A stretch of 64,000 bases of DNA. It comes from a virus. This document shows, piece after piece, positions 1 through 13,700 of this stretch. The stretch lies in IMG/VR virus record IMGVR_UViG_3300045988_159706. One strand, 5' to 3'. The position numbers and the translations under genes were made by a program. Each line of letters starts with the position of its first letter. Position 1 is the stretch's first letter. The notes under the pieces are model-generated. The model made no database searches and was not told where the DNA came from. It worked only from the letters and a program-made list of their open reading frames with translations.

Positions 1-123
1 TACTATATAATCCAATTCTGAATTATTCTTCAAGTAATTAATAACTGAATTAGTAGATAACGAGATATCGGCATCAAATGACACCGATATCCCATTACTT
101 AAATTTAATTCAACACATGCCAT
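1..123 (-). CDS. hypothetical protein, N-terminal 41 codons only (gene runs off the left edge)
   Basis: ATG at 121-123, 4 nt after the TAA (128-130) of the preceding gene. Frame is open to position 1 (MACVELNLSNGISVSFDADISL...). Confidence 0.4.
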   Translation of the reverse strand, partial: MACVELNLSNGISVSFDADISLSTNSVINYLKNNSELDYIV

Positions 124-127
124 ATTA

Positions 128-3100
128 TTAGCAACTTTTTATAATTAATAATCCCCTAGTTAATGCCACATTCAGCTTTCTTTCAGATGTTAATTGTTTA
201 GCTGCACCTCTATTTAAAGCTTTGAATCGTTCATTATTTAGCGGGAATACATTTTGAGGTTTTGCTGTTGGCCCTTCATCAAAATCTTCTATATAAGAAT
301 CGTCCATAAATTCATCATCATAGTTTGATTTTCTAACTTGATAAAGTGTTTCAAAATCAGTAGCTAAGGTTTTATCTAACACAAAGTTACGATCATAAGT
401 ATCACCTATAAAATTGAAATATGAATTAATTAATGTATTATTCTTAATTACCTCAGTAAATAATTTACTAAAACTATCTCCTAGGATTTGATTTTTATTT
501 ACAATTAAATTATATAAAAACATATAATCTGCAACTGTATTATTAGGCCAATTATCATCATTTATATTCACAAAGGTCTCTCCAAGATCCTGAGATGTTA
601 CTATATCGTTTGCTATAAGATTAAAGTCTATAAGCATTTTCTCATAATAATCTTGATTGGTTTTTTCAATTAAATTAAACATAGGTTTATAATATCTTAC
701 AAAACCATCACCAGATGCGCTGTATTTTCTATCTGCAATAAGATTATTTAAGAAAAAATTTGTTGGATATTTTAATCTCAAGCTTGGAATTAATGTTTCA
801 TTTACAAAGATAACAAAATTTTTCAAACCTATTGGGCTATTAATAGAACGTAAAATTACATCATTTAAAGGATGTGTTTCTCCCATTCTATCTACTTCCA
901 CATTTGAAGGATATTTAAAATCCAAGGATTTTATAGCTTGCACAATCATATCATCCGTCGCTATACTTCTCAATCTACTTGAAAGGGTACTTTTTGGAAT
1001 AACTAATTGTTTATTAGTCATTAGTTTAGTTCTATTCATTTGCTCAATAATAGCTCTATATTTTCCAGATAAATTACCAATAGCTTTTTCTGCATTAATT
1101 GATAAAAAGTCCATTTCATAAAAATGAGGAGAAGTTTTTAATACATCAAGAACATTTATTGTGGTAGCACACTGTTGAAAAATTTTAATCATATCCTTTG
1201 CATATGATTCGTTAGAAAAGAATTTCAACTTATCAAATATAAATCTTCTTCCGATTATATATTTTCTAACAGTTGGATTACCTCCAAATATTTGATCCTC
1301 TCTAATTTTAGCATTTATTATCCGTTCAATTCCTTGCTCGAAGTTAATACGCTTTGCAACAATAGCTCCAAACTCTGTAGATAATCCCTGATTGACTGAA
1401 AGCTCCCTAGCTAATAATGTTAATTCTCCAGCTCCTTTAAATACTTCTTGATAAAATAATAACTTTTGGTAGGCTTCACTCTTTTTATCTGTAACCTTTA
1501 GTAGTTGATCAATTGCTGTAGTAATACTTACGGAGTCAATATTTTCAAACATATTACCTTTTACCATACTAATAATATTAGTCATAATATCATCAGTAAA
1601 AATCTTAACAATATCATTTAAGTCTGCACCAGTCATAATCATTCAGATAATACCTGGAGCAGTTTCTGAAGTACAGTTAATATTATTAAGAATTGGGTTT
1701 TTAGCATTATCGGTTGCCTGAGATAGTAAACTTGATAAAGTAATTGCTACTGTTCCTGAGTTTGTAAAAAATTCAGAATGGGTTGTACTAAATTCCTTGT
1801 TAATTCCAGGTCATATAATAGTCTTACCGATACGTCTGGCGTTTCCACTACTTATCCAATACTCAATTGCATATTCAGCTTTAATCGCAGATGCTACTAT
1901 ACCAATCACTTCTTTACCCACCTTATTATTACTATTCATCTTTATTTGACTTGTAGAAACAAAAGGAGAGAAATTATCACTTGATTTTGGCGATACTGCT
2001 GCAGCCTTTTCAATAGGTTCTACTGTTGTAGGTAATGTAGCATATCCTATAGTTGAGATATTATGATAGGTATTAAACATATTATTCACCAGATTATTCA
2101 TAAAAACTTTGTCCAAAGTTCTTTTAGGAATTCTGTGTGAGTTATGTCTATTTATTTGAGTTGCCAATTGTCCTCCTAAAGCTTGTAATGCTGCCACTGT
2201 ATAAGTATCCCAAATATATACATCATTAAAAAGATCATTTGAAGATTTTGATTGAACTGGGAACTTAGAAATGTCAATAACAATGTTTTTATTTCTTACT
2301 TTAGCTATTAACCTTCTTAGTCTTGGAGAATTTACTGTTAACTTATCTTCTGCTATATATGCTTCTAATAAATCACTAGTTAAATCAACAAAGTCAGTTA
2401 CTTTATTTGTTCAGCCATTAGGATTATTATCTCCCTCTGCTCCATAATATGGGGTATTCCCAGTATATTGAGCTACAAATACTCCTCTGTTTTCTCCATA
2501 AATTATTTCTGGATCTGGAAGTGGCAACTTTTTCGAAGTTTCTAAATCATTATAGTCCCAGAATAAGGACCACGCTGGGTATACCCCGTCATCAGTTAGC
2601 GCTACACCAAGGTTGTTATTTTTATCCACATCATAATCAGAACCTTGCTCATAAGTTTGATATTTATTTACTAGGCTCACGTTATATGGACTTTGAAATA
2701 TATCTACAATTTCACAAGGCATTGCAAACTGCTCACTTTGCGCTGGAATACGAGCTACAATATATTTTAAGGTTTCCCAAAAAGAATTATACTGTTTATT
2801 AGCTAAATCATTAATAAACTCTTCATTAACTTTAAAGATTTTATTTCTTTTCATTAGCTTATTAACCTCTGGGTTAACATTACCATCATAGCCAGAATAA
2901 AGGCCAGATTGCAAAATATTATCCAAGACTTGTATTGGATTATTTTGGTCCACAATAACTGCAACTTCTGTTCCATTTACCTTGTAAAACTCTATGCCAT
3001 CAATTTTATAAAGGTCTTCACCTCTATCATTAATTCTATAGATGCCTGTATCATCTGTTGGAACTGTAATTTTAGTCTCTTCAGTTAAAAAGTTTTCAAC

Positions 3101-6100
3101 AAAATCTTTATTAAAATAAATAGGTAAATGTGCTCCAGTATTTGACTTTAACACAAACTCTGAAGGTATCATTCCGTCTGGAAATATTACCTTTCTGTTG
3201 ATTAATATGCGCTCTTTAAATCATTCTGGACCTCCTTGCCTGATTTCATCAATACTTACTCCTGCTGGAATATTTAGTACAGATGAATATTTATAAGATG
3301 TACTAATTTCTGAATTAACATAATCAGTACCTAAGATTTCTATTACAGGTAGTTGTTTTCAATCCCCTAAAGGATCATATGCAATAAAACCTCCATTTTT
3401 ATTCAAGACATCAACTCTACCTTCACTAATAGCTTTATATAGCACATTATTCATGAAGGTTCTTGTTGCTTCAGGATCTTTAACTGTATCATACTCTAAA
3501 GCATACCGCAATCCTAATGAGAAAACATTAATTTTTCTATCATAGATCTCTCCATCTTCTCCTTGAATACGAACATTCACAAATACATTACGTCCTTTTA
3601 AATTTCTTGGCTTAACATAGCATTTAGTAACAGTATATAATCCTTCCTGAATTCTTAAGTACTCTTCATATGAATTTAACTCCACAGGGATGGGAACAGA
3701 ACTTGAGATTCCTTCTAAATTATGATACACTCCATCTGCTCCTTTTAGGTAATAAATATTTCCAAATTCTAGAGCCAATGGATCTACAACTTCTTTGTTG
3801 TCAATTTCCTGCAAATGTGTTAAAATTTCTGGTCTTGTAATTAAATCAAGACTATTATATTTTCTCCCAGACTCGTCTTCAAAGATCATAAGAATATCAT
3901 AAGAAGGAACCATAACATCTGCAGAACCAGCATATTTACGTTTGATAAATCCATTAGTATAAATAACTACATCGGATGCAATCTTTCCCATTAAGTTTTC
4001 ATCACTAAATGGAATTGCAATCCCAAGATCATCTAAACTAACTCCAGGATTAGCTTGAATCTTTTCATTAATCTGCTCCATTAATGCTTGAGCTAACCCA
4101 AGAACGTCCACATTATCCTTTAAGAAGGTCTTTACTAAACCTTTTCCAAAAATATCTACAAGTTTACTACGATTATCTATATTATTTACAAATTGCGCAG
4201 ATGTAGATTTGATAAGATTAGCTAAAGAGGTATAAATTTCCTTAGTGATATTCTGTACTAAACCTTTCTGAGCCATAAAGGAAATTAGCTGGGTAGGTTC
4301 ACTAACTTCAGCATCATCAACTGCGTGATCAGCATCAAGCTGGACAGCAGTATTGGAAATATCTAATCCTATAACATGTAATGGTAAAGATTTACCCCTA
4401 AATACACTATTACTTGTAATAGGTAACTGAGCTGATTTATTTGTAGATTCTGTTGGAAAATAATGAATCATTTTCTTCTTTAGAAATTGATCTACATCAG
4501 ATTGGGATAATACAGAACCATCCACACTAGTTTTCACACCAATAGAATTTAACAGATTTAGAACTTGATGTTGAGAAGCTTCTGAGTAAACAAAGGTATC
4601 TCCTCCATATTCATCAGTAACAATTTCCCCAGAAAACTCTGCACCTAATAAGTTATAAACATCCCATAGATTGCTTAATACAACTGGTATATCTATTGTA
4701 GTTGTACCTTCGGCGAGATTTTCTAAATTATAAGTATAATTGTTATCTCCTTGTCATTTTAAGTTAGACACTTTAAATACTTGTAATCCCTTTCCTGGCT
4801 CATTAATTTGATAATATCCCATAATATTTGTTCTCTTACCATTAAAATTTTTGGTAATATCAAACCAACGTCCCCCATAAAAGAAATCAGCTAGAGTATA
4901 AGACTGTCTAAGCATTTCCTTTAACTTAAATCTTCCATGAATATTTTTTAATAGAAATGCATTAGAAATACCAAATGTTGCAGATTTATTTAAAGTGGCG
5001 ACCCCCTTACCTTCAATCATAGAGTGTCCTAATGTTTTTCTAACAATACCTTCTACTTTATAGTCAACTGTAGAATTATCAGATAATCATAAAGTAGTAA
5101 TAGGTGCAAATACAGCTCCATCCCATACATTCATTTCTTGCCCTGCAGATTTATTTAAATCCGCTACTGGGGAGTTGTAATCACTAATTGTTGCATAATT
5201 GGCCGTATTTGGCAAACCTGTTAGAATTCCTCTTTGGTATGCATGTCCTGTTGCACTTAAAGCAACCATACGTTTAGTTGAAGTAACATAAGACTGTTCG
5301 GTATTTTTTGTAAAATCATCAACAGTTAATTCTCCTATTGGTTTACTATATACAGCTAGATTTTTATACTTATGTGCAATAGTACTTCCTACAGTTAGCA
5401 AAATATAATTATAGGATAATAGAGCGTGTGTATAAAAATATTTTTTAACATCATCCTGAGTCATTCCAAATCTATTCTTGAATGCTTCCATGATGTCACC
5501 TGTTCTAAAAATTTCTCTACAGTCTTTTAAAAATAAATTATACTCATTTTCAAAGAAAGAATCTGAGTTTGAAAAAGCTAAATAATATCCATATAGTAGT
5601 CTATTAAACTTAATACCAGAACCTTTAACTTTTTTATAATCAAATTCATTAGAAATTACATAGTTAGTATAATTTTTTGCATTATATTCATCAACTAAAT
5701 TGTTTAAATCATCTTCAGTTACTCCTTTCAATGCAAAATCAATATTGTTTATTCTATCTATATAATTATCAGAAGGAGTTATCTTAAGAATCCTTTCAAA
5801 CAAACTTAAAGAATTCTCTAAGTATTTTGTTTGAATTTCTAGACCTCCAGTTCTAAAGAAATCTGCAATCTCTTTTCAAGAAGCTTGTGCAATACTTTTA
5901 TTCCTACCTTCTCCTAACCCTTCAATAGCTTTAGTAGTATCAAATACTTGATACATAATAGATTTCTTATCAGAAGGAGTAATTCCCTCAATAAGAATCT
6001 CTCCATTATCCTTCATAGATCTATTATAATCCCAACCAATTGCAACTTGCAACTGTTCAGCATCAGTAAAATCCTCTGCTAATCTAAATTTCTTCTTAAT

Positions 6101-7786
6101 TTTAGAAAAAGCATCTAGATGAAGTCGACTTTCTTTATATAAAGTTGGGTTTTTATATAAGAAAGATAGCATTAATGGTGATTCAGAACCAGTTGGGGAA
6201 TTTTCTATTCTATTTTGCAGATTTGCTAAATGTTGATAGAATGTATTGGATAAATTAGCTAAACGATAATTAGGAACTTTATTTCCATCACTTCGGGAAG
6301 TAATACTTTTTATAACCTCAGGATTCTTATCCAGATAATATTTAGCTAAAGCCACTAAATTTGCATCATCTCCATTAATTTTGGCCCCTGTAGTTATTCT
6401 AGTAATTAAAGTAATAATGTCGTTTAATGGTAGATCCTGATTTTTAAATTGAAGAAAATCAAATCCTGTTAAATTTTTAAAATGATATAAAAGGGCTTCT
6501 GTTGTTAATTTTCCAATATCCTGTGGAAGTAATTTTTTACCATTTACTTTTGGAATGCCTTGTTTACTTATAACATAGTCAATGTTATTGGCCATTTGTA
6601 AAGAGACAACACCTTTATTTAGTACATCAGTGCTTGTCGTTCTATTTTCGTCCCAATTATATCTTTGATACGTTTGTTTAACATACTTTAGCATTCCTGC
6701 TAACATTGTATCAAGATAATTTATGCCATCAGATTTGATTATTTTAGAAAAGGATTTTTTATAGGCTTCCACTAAATTAATACTAACCTTTCCACTCTCT
6801 GCCCCAGTTGAATCAAAATATCTAGTTCTTATACTATAAAGAATTTTATCAACATTAGAGTTGATAGTTTCTAATGAATCTGTATAACTAATAATTTCAT
6901 CAACCAATAATCTGGGATTTTCAATAATTTTTCTAAATCTAGTTCAATCACTCCTGGCAATATTATTTAATAGAGTATTAGAAGCCTCATAAAACATTGC
7001 CGCTGTCAGATTCTTTTTAGTTTGTCTGGCAGTTCTTCTTCCATTTTTTGATTGAAATACATCATATAAAGGAGTGCTTTCTATAAGTAATTTTAAAGAG
7101 CCTGAGGTATCATCATATGCAGATCTATCATCTTTTCTTTCTCATCCTGCGACATGATGGTGTCCATCATTAATCTCAAAATTTTCTTCAGTATAATTGT
7201 ACCTAATATAATGATTACTAATTTCAGGGATTAATTCTCTATTATGTAATAACAGAATATACTGATAGTACTCCCTTTTATCAATATTATTTAAATTCTC
7301 TTTAAATGCATCATTAATCCTATTACCATACGTTGCAAAGGTATCCCCAAAGGTATCACTTAAATCACATAAGAGTACTTCTAATGATTTTTGTAATTTT
7401 TCTTTACTATCAATTACTTCATACTCTCCAGTAGCATCATTAAAAATATTTAAGATTAATGAATCACCTACTCTTCTTGCAGCATACTGCATAAAGTCTC
7501 TATATGAAGTAAAATCAAATTGAATTTTTCCATCAGGTGTATTATATGTAAAGTATCCCTTTATAGTTTTATTAATACTTCCTGCATCAACTAGATTTTT
7601 TAAACAATATCTTTTTACATGTTCGGACAATGCTTGTACGAAATCTGGTTCTACACTCATGCCATTCTCAGACAGCTGAGTTAATAATTTAGAATAGATA
7701 TCTGAGTCGTTAAAAAACGACCCAGATGTATCTATATCTAAACTTTTTGCAACGTCAACGATTATTGATTTAATTGTGCAATCCAT
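128..7786 (-). CDS. virion RNA-polymerase-like giant protein, 2552 aa when TGA=Trp
   Basis: One frame from ATG 7784-7786 to TAA 128-130. I walked every gap between listed fragments 128..1642, 1811..2197, 2411..3172, 3359..4537, 4754..5020, 5087..5803, 5876..6907 and 7142..7786. Only TGA interrupts, at 10 sites: 1643, 1811, 2411, 3221, 3359, 4754, 5087, 5876, 6944, 7142. Contains YIVARIPAQSEQF, then about 40 aa, then EQGSDYDVDKN (Asp triad codons 2624-2638). This is the R-x-P plus DxDxD signature of the metal-binding double-psi beta-barrel in crAss-like virion RNAPs (phi14:2 gp66 type). Confidence 0.75.
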
Positions 7787-7789
7787 AAA

Positions 7790-10700
7790 TTAACATTCTT
7801 CTCCTGCAGTTAATATATCTAAAAGTTCTTTAACACTACTTACTAATTGGTATTTGTTTTTCATCTTTTCAAAGATTGCAACATTTTTTCCATTATTCAT
7901 GTAAGCATCCAGTTTTTCTGCAACATCCCTACTAAAAGTAAACGATTTTACTTGATTTCCAAGTTGAAGTTTATATGTTACAGGATTTCCTGATTCTATA
8001 TTTTGTCGTGTTACAAAGATACCATTATTTTCCTGTCTTACAAAATGAACAAACGAATGAACATAATCATTATATTCATCTAATAAATCCATACACTCTT
8101 CAGTAAGGATATCCTCTTCTGGGTTAGATGGTTCCATTACTAAATTTTCTGCAGTATTATTAACCTGTTCCTTTACAGTTTCTACTGCCTCTTGTATTGG
8201 TTCAACTTTGGCTTCTTCAGTAACTTCTGTAAATACTGAGTTTAATCCTTGTTCATAGTCATAATATGACATTACGGACCATCCTCTTTCATATACAAAA
8301 TTATTATCTGCAGTATAATTTAAATTAGTAGGAACATTATTAGTTCTATAAGTTTTATCAAAATCTGTTTGATGATAATTGGCAAAGATCTTAGAATACA
8401 ATTTGAACATTGGCTCTGTATTTATACCCTCCAATAAACTTACAAAACCATCATAATCAGAATATATAGATTTATAAATATCCCAAACTTGATTAACTCT
8501 TAACTCAGTAATAGGGTCATTTCCTGCAAAGATTATTTCTGCAGATTTATCCTCATTTGAAAAATCTACTCTATTCGCAATATCTTGTAAATCTGAAATT
8601 GCAAGCTTAGAAATTCACTCTGGAAGAGGTTTTCCAGACTGTTTTAAAGCTATTAATCTTTGAGTCCATGCAGCAATATTTTTATAGAGCTTATTATGGG
8701 ATTCCTTCGTTCCTATAATTCTAACATCCTCTTTGAATTTATCCTCCCAGTCAGCAGTTGGAGCATAGTTATAATATAGCTGAATTGGTTGTACAGAGAT
8801 TCTAATTCGAGCTTTTCTTATAAATTGTTCCATAATAGCAGGAGACCATTCAGAATACTTTTTCATGTCTCTCACTAATTCTGTTAAAATTCTATAAGTT
8901 TGCTTTAAATCATTTATATATTGATTTATAGAATTATCCAAGGAGACTGCCTTATCGGTATAATTAGACCGCAGTTTAGCAAAAATAGTTACAGCACTTG
9001 CTGTAATCTTTGATACTTCTCTAACCTTTTCATTTCTCTGCTTAAAAGGATTTCCTTCAGAAGTATGAGAATCTCATATATCAGAAGCTACTTTGTACAA
9101 AGCATCTATTTCTGTATATAATTCAGAAATAGAATATTCTCCTCTTTTATCAGTTAATCATTCATCATTAACTCTAATAGGTTTAGTAGATTCAAAGAAT
9201 GAGTATTCAAAATCTGGTGTCCCAGAGCTATAACGATAAGGAGTTCAATACCTTTGATTATCAAATTCCTTATTCATTGGATCAAAGAAAATAGGTGAGT
9301 CTGGAGTGTAAAAATTAAGCTTTTCTGAATCAAATCTATAGTAAGTTGTTTGATTCTGTTTTGCATCCAATTCTTGAATTGCATCCAGTAATTTAGTATC
9401 TCCAGCAACATTTATGCCTTTACCTACTGTTTCTGCATTAGGAAAGATTGCCAAAGTTACTTCCTTATCCCCATCTTTATAAACTAATCTTCTAAAGATT
9501 TTAGCTTTAGATAAATCTTTATTTGGATCAAAATTACCTACTCCCCAAGCATTATCAATACTAGAATCATAAGGAGATACTTTTATTAAAAATTCTCCTG
9601 TATCTTCTACACCGTAAAGATTATAATTTTCTGCTCCAGTTAACTTTAAATATAAATTATTTCTCAAGGCATTTAATTGAGTGGCTGCTATTTTGAAGGC
9701 CTCACTTCGAATATCGGCATCCTCAGTTAAAAATAAATTTATATCCTCAGTATCATTGCCTCTATGATATACTTGTTCTGAATCAACCATTCCTCCTAAA
9801 CGATTAAAGAACGTATGTACTCTAAGCATAGATCTGATTAATGGGACTTCATTAACAGTTAACTGTTTTGTTGGTGCTATATCTTCATTTGGAGCTTCTG
9901 TTGGATTCTCAGTAGCGATATTTAATTCAGGAATTGATAATTTGCTTAGGCTTTCTTTTCTATATTCCTGATAAGTTTTAATAGACTCTTCGTTTATACC
10001 TATACTATAGACATCTTTCCACTCTTTTTGGGTTGTGGTAAATACAGATTGCTTTGAGCTCTTTAATAATCCATGAATTATAGTGGCATTTTTACCTCTA
10101 GTTAAAATTGTATAAACATCCTTTCTACTTGGAATCCCTAAAGGTCCATCCTGGAAATTTAAGTCTCCATTGATTAAGACATAATCAAACTCTTGACCCT
10201 GTACTGCTACTACTTCTGTTTTTAATACAACATTTTTTGGAGGAATTAACCCATTCTTCTTTATGTCATATAAAAGAATTGTACTGTCAGGATGAGCCTT
10301 TGCAAACTCATTTAATGCTTCTTGAGTTAATACTCCAGCATTATTCTTAATGCCAACAACATCAGACTCATTTTCTGCATATTGAAGTTCAAATGTAGTA
10401 CTGTCTAAGTTATATGGGAATTTAATTAATCTTCCTGAGTTCCACTTTCCAATGTTTGTAGTAACTCTTTTAGATTCATATAGACTACTGCCAATAAAAG
10501 TTAGACATCGATCAAAAGAGTCTAGCTCTCCTTTTTCATTACTATATCCAGATTGTAAAATGTCTCCAGTAGTGACAATTTTAAAATTAAGTTGTTTGGC
10601 TAATTCATCCAATAGTAGATACTGTTCACGAGATACATAGGTTCCCTCATCAATAATAATTGTTAAAAAATTATTTTGGAGTATTCCTCTTAAATCATCT

Positions 10701-13700
10701 GATACAGCTAGTCCGTAATCCTTACTATTAAACTTAACTTCAGCACCTTCAATGGTTGTATATTTCTTAAAGTCCTCTATAGTATAGTTAATTTGCTCTT
10801 GAGCATTATTATCTATAATTTTAACGCCATCTTCAAATAACTTGAACAAATTAGCTATTGTATATTTACTTGCTCTATCTGCATTTAGTTTTTCTAAGTT
10901 TGCCTCAGTAGGAGCAGAAAATAAATATTGAGAATTTTCTATTTTATTTTGAACTAATTGAATTAGTGGAAGTATAGCAACTGATTTACCAACTCCAGAA
11001 CCCGCACAGAACCTAAACATATTCTCTAATACAGAATAAGATTGTGAATCCTTTGCTTTCTGCTGAACAACAGAAATAATTCTGCGAATTTCTACCTTAT
11101 CTCCATTAAGATATTGAATAGCTTGTTTTACTAGAAACTCCTGAGAATAATAAGGGGCCTTTTCAAATTGTCCCTCTTCAATAACTTCTTTGTAAGGCTT
11201 GTAAAAAGTTGCAGGCTCGCTAATTAAGTTTGACATTAAATACCAGAAGTTTAATGCATCCATTGTATGAATATGATCAACATTCTGTTCTTTATTTAAA
11301 CTTAAGTAAGCAGGTTCAGCAGAAAACTCAGGGAATAAATCACACAGTAAACCTATGAACGTATCCTTTTGTTCTGGAGTTAATCCTCTATAATAAGTAA
11401 TTAAAGCAGCTTCATTATTAATTAGTGCCTGTTCAAATTTAATATCAGCTTCACTAATTGCATCCTTATCTAAATCATCAAGAACAATGTTATCTATGAA
11501 TTCAAAGGTAGGTAGTTCTGGTAAAGAATTCTTTGTAAATATAGAATCCTTCTCATTTAATTGTTTATAAATATCAATCCTATCTTGTTTAATACTAACA
11601 CTTAATTTTTGCTCTTTGATATTTTCGTTGTTGGCGTTAGCATCACTAATAGCCTCAAGCCCTGCAATTTGAGATTGAACTAAACTGATTCTATTAGTTA
11701 GAGCTCGTTTAACTTTGTCACTAATAATTGGAAGTTCAAAAACTGGATTTTTATGACTTTTATTAAAATCATTAATAACCTCATTAATACTGGTTAAGTT
11801 ATCAACACTTCTTGTAACTGAAGTTGCCCCTCTTAACAATGCCTCAACTTGGAATAATTGAGTATTTAGGTTATCTAGCTGCTGTCTAACTGGAGTTTCA
11901 AGAATATAAGTTTGCTTTCCACTTTCATACTTAATTAGTTCCTCATCAACTAATTTAGTGGAATTTAATCCAAGTTGTTTTAGTATATCTTCGATATTAT
12001 CATTTCCAATATCTCTATATACATTATTAACAACATTATAGACATCTTTAGCCTTTTCTAAAGCTTCCTGCCAACGTTTTACATCTGGAGCAAGATCTTG
12101 ATGTTCAGTTGCGTTAGTATCAATAAGGCCATTTATAAAGTCTGACACCATTCCAACTATTTTTGAAGATACACTTTCATTAGGATCCTCTGGAAGAAGA
12201 GAATTAACCCTTTCTTCAGTTGGCTGACCTTCATCATCAAGAATTACAACAGGATTGCCCTTTTCATCTAAATCATAAGCAGATTCTACAGCCTCTTCAA
12301 ACTCAAATACATCGAATAAATTATAACTCTCTGGAATAACATTATCTCCATTATAAACACTATAAAGATAATTAGCAAGACTTTTAATAATAGGGAGATT
12401 ATTTCTTAGAGAAGAATGTCCCACTAAGCCATGGATAATTCCAACTAACTCATTATAGGACATAAATCCATTATTCCTATCTTTATAAATAAGCCTTCCA
12501 GATGAGGGATCCATTTCTAATTTATCTGCTAAATTTGCAAGCTTTTCATCAAGAATTTCCCCCTCTCTATTTTTAAGATTATCTGCTATTAATTCAGACA
12601 TCCTTCTATATAATTGGTATGAAGTGAATGAATCTATTTCTGACTGTTTAGATTCGACGTAATTAGCATATTTTTCGTCGACATAAGCTTTAAGAGTATC
12701 ATTTAACTTAGAATAGTCATAATTAAATACCTGTTTAGCATAGTTTTCTACATTAGGTGAATAAAAAAGCCCAAACACACTTGGAGTATAAGACGCCATC
12801 ATTCTTCCAAAGTAGATTTCATTTCCTCCGCTTACTAGTTGATGAATTTGATCTTTATAATAATCAAATTGAGCTTGCGCTGCTTTTATAATTTGAGGAT
12901 CCGTTTTTTCATCCTTTTGTAATCTGAATAACTCCGAGGAAACATCATTCAATTGTAATTGAAGTTTTGTCAGATCATCTGCCATTAGATCAAGAAGCTT
13001 TCCATCATCCCCCGCCTGCTGAGAAATTTGTAATGCAGTTAAACTTCTATAAATTGGCACATTAGCTAAATCATCTTTAGAATATTTAATACCCTCTTGT
13101 TCCAAGAATAGATCTAACGTATTTATGTGATTTATAAAGGAATCTATTAAATACGAATTTTGTGTCTTTGACTTATCCGAAGCTGGGAGATATGAACCGT
13201 CTTCTGCTCTTTCATCATATGATAATGTATTACTTCCTAGAGCCTTTCCTTTAAAAGATTGTGCTATTTTTATTATTTCATCTTTCTGACCAGCATTAAC
13301 TTTTTGAAGAATTGCCCTTGCCATTTCTGGACGTTTTGATAGAGCTGAGCTTCAGTCTGCACTTCCACCTCTAGTTCTCCACCAATTTTCTAATCCAAAA
13401 ACAGTACCACCAATACCACCACCAATAAAACTAACTAAATATCGCTGAATAGGATCAGAGGCGGCATAATCAAAGTGACCTTGAGTTTCATAGCCCAGTT
13501 CCTTTCTAATAGCATTTAATCCATTACCAAGAACTCCTTGAGCAAAGTCTGTCATTAGTTCTTCCATAACTTCTTCAGTTGCTTCAGATACAGTACTGGT
13601 TAAAATTCCCCTTCTTCCACCATATACAACTGAGGTTCAAAGATCATTTATAGTTTTTGTGAAAGATTTAAACTTTCCTACAAAACCTCCTTTTACTCCT

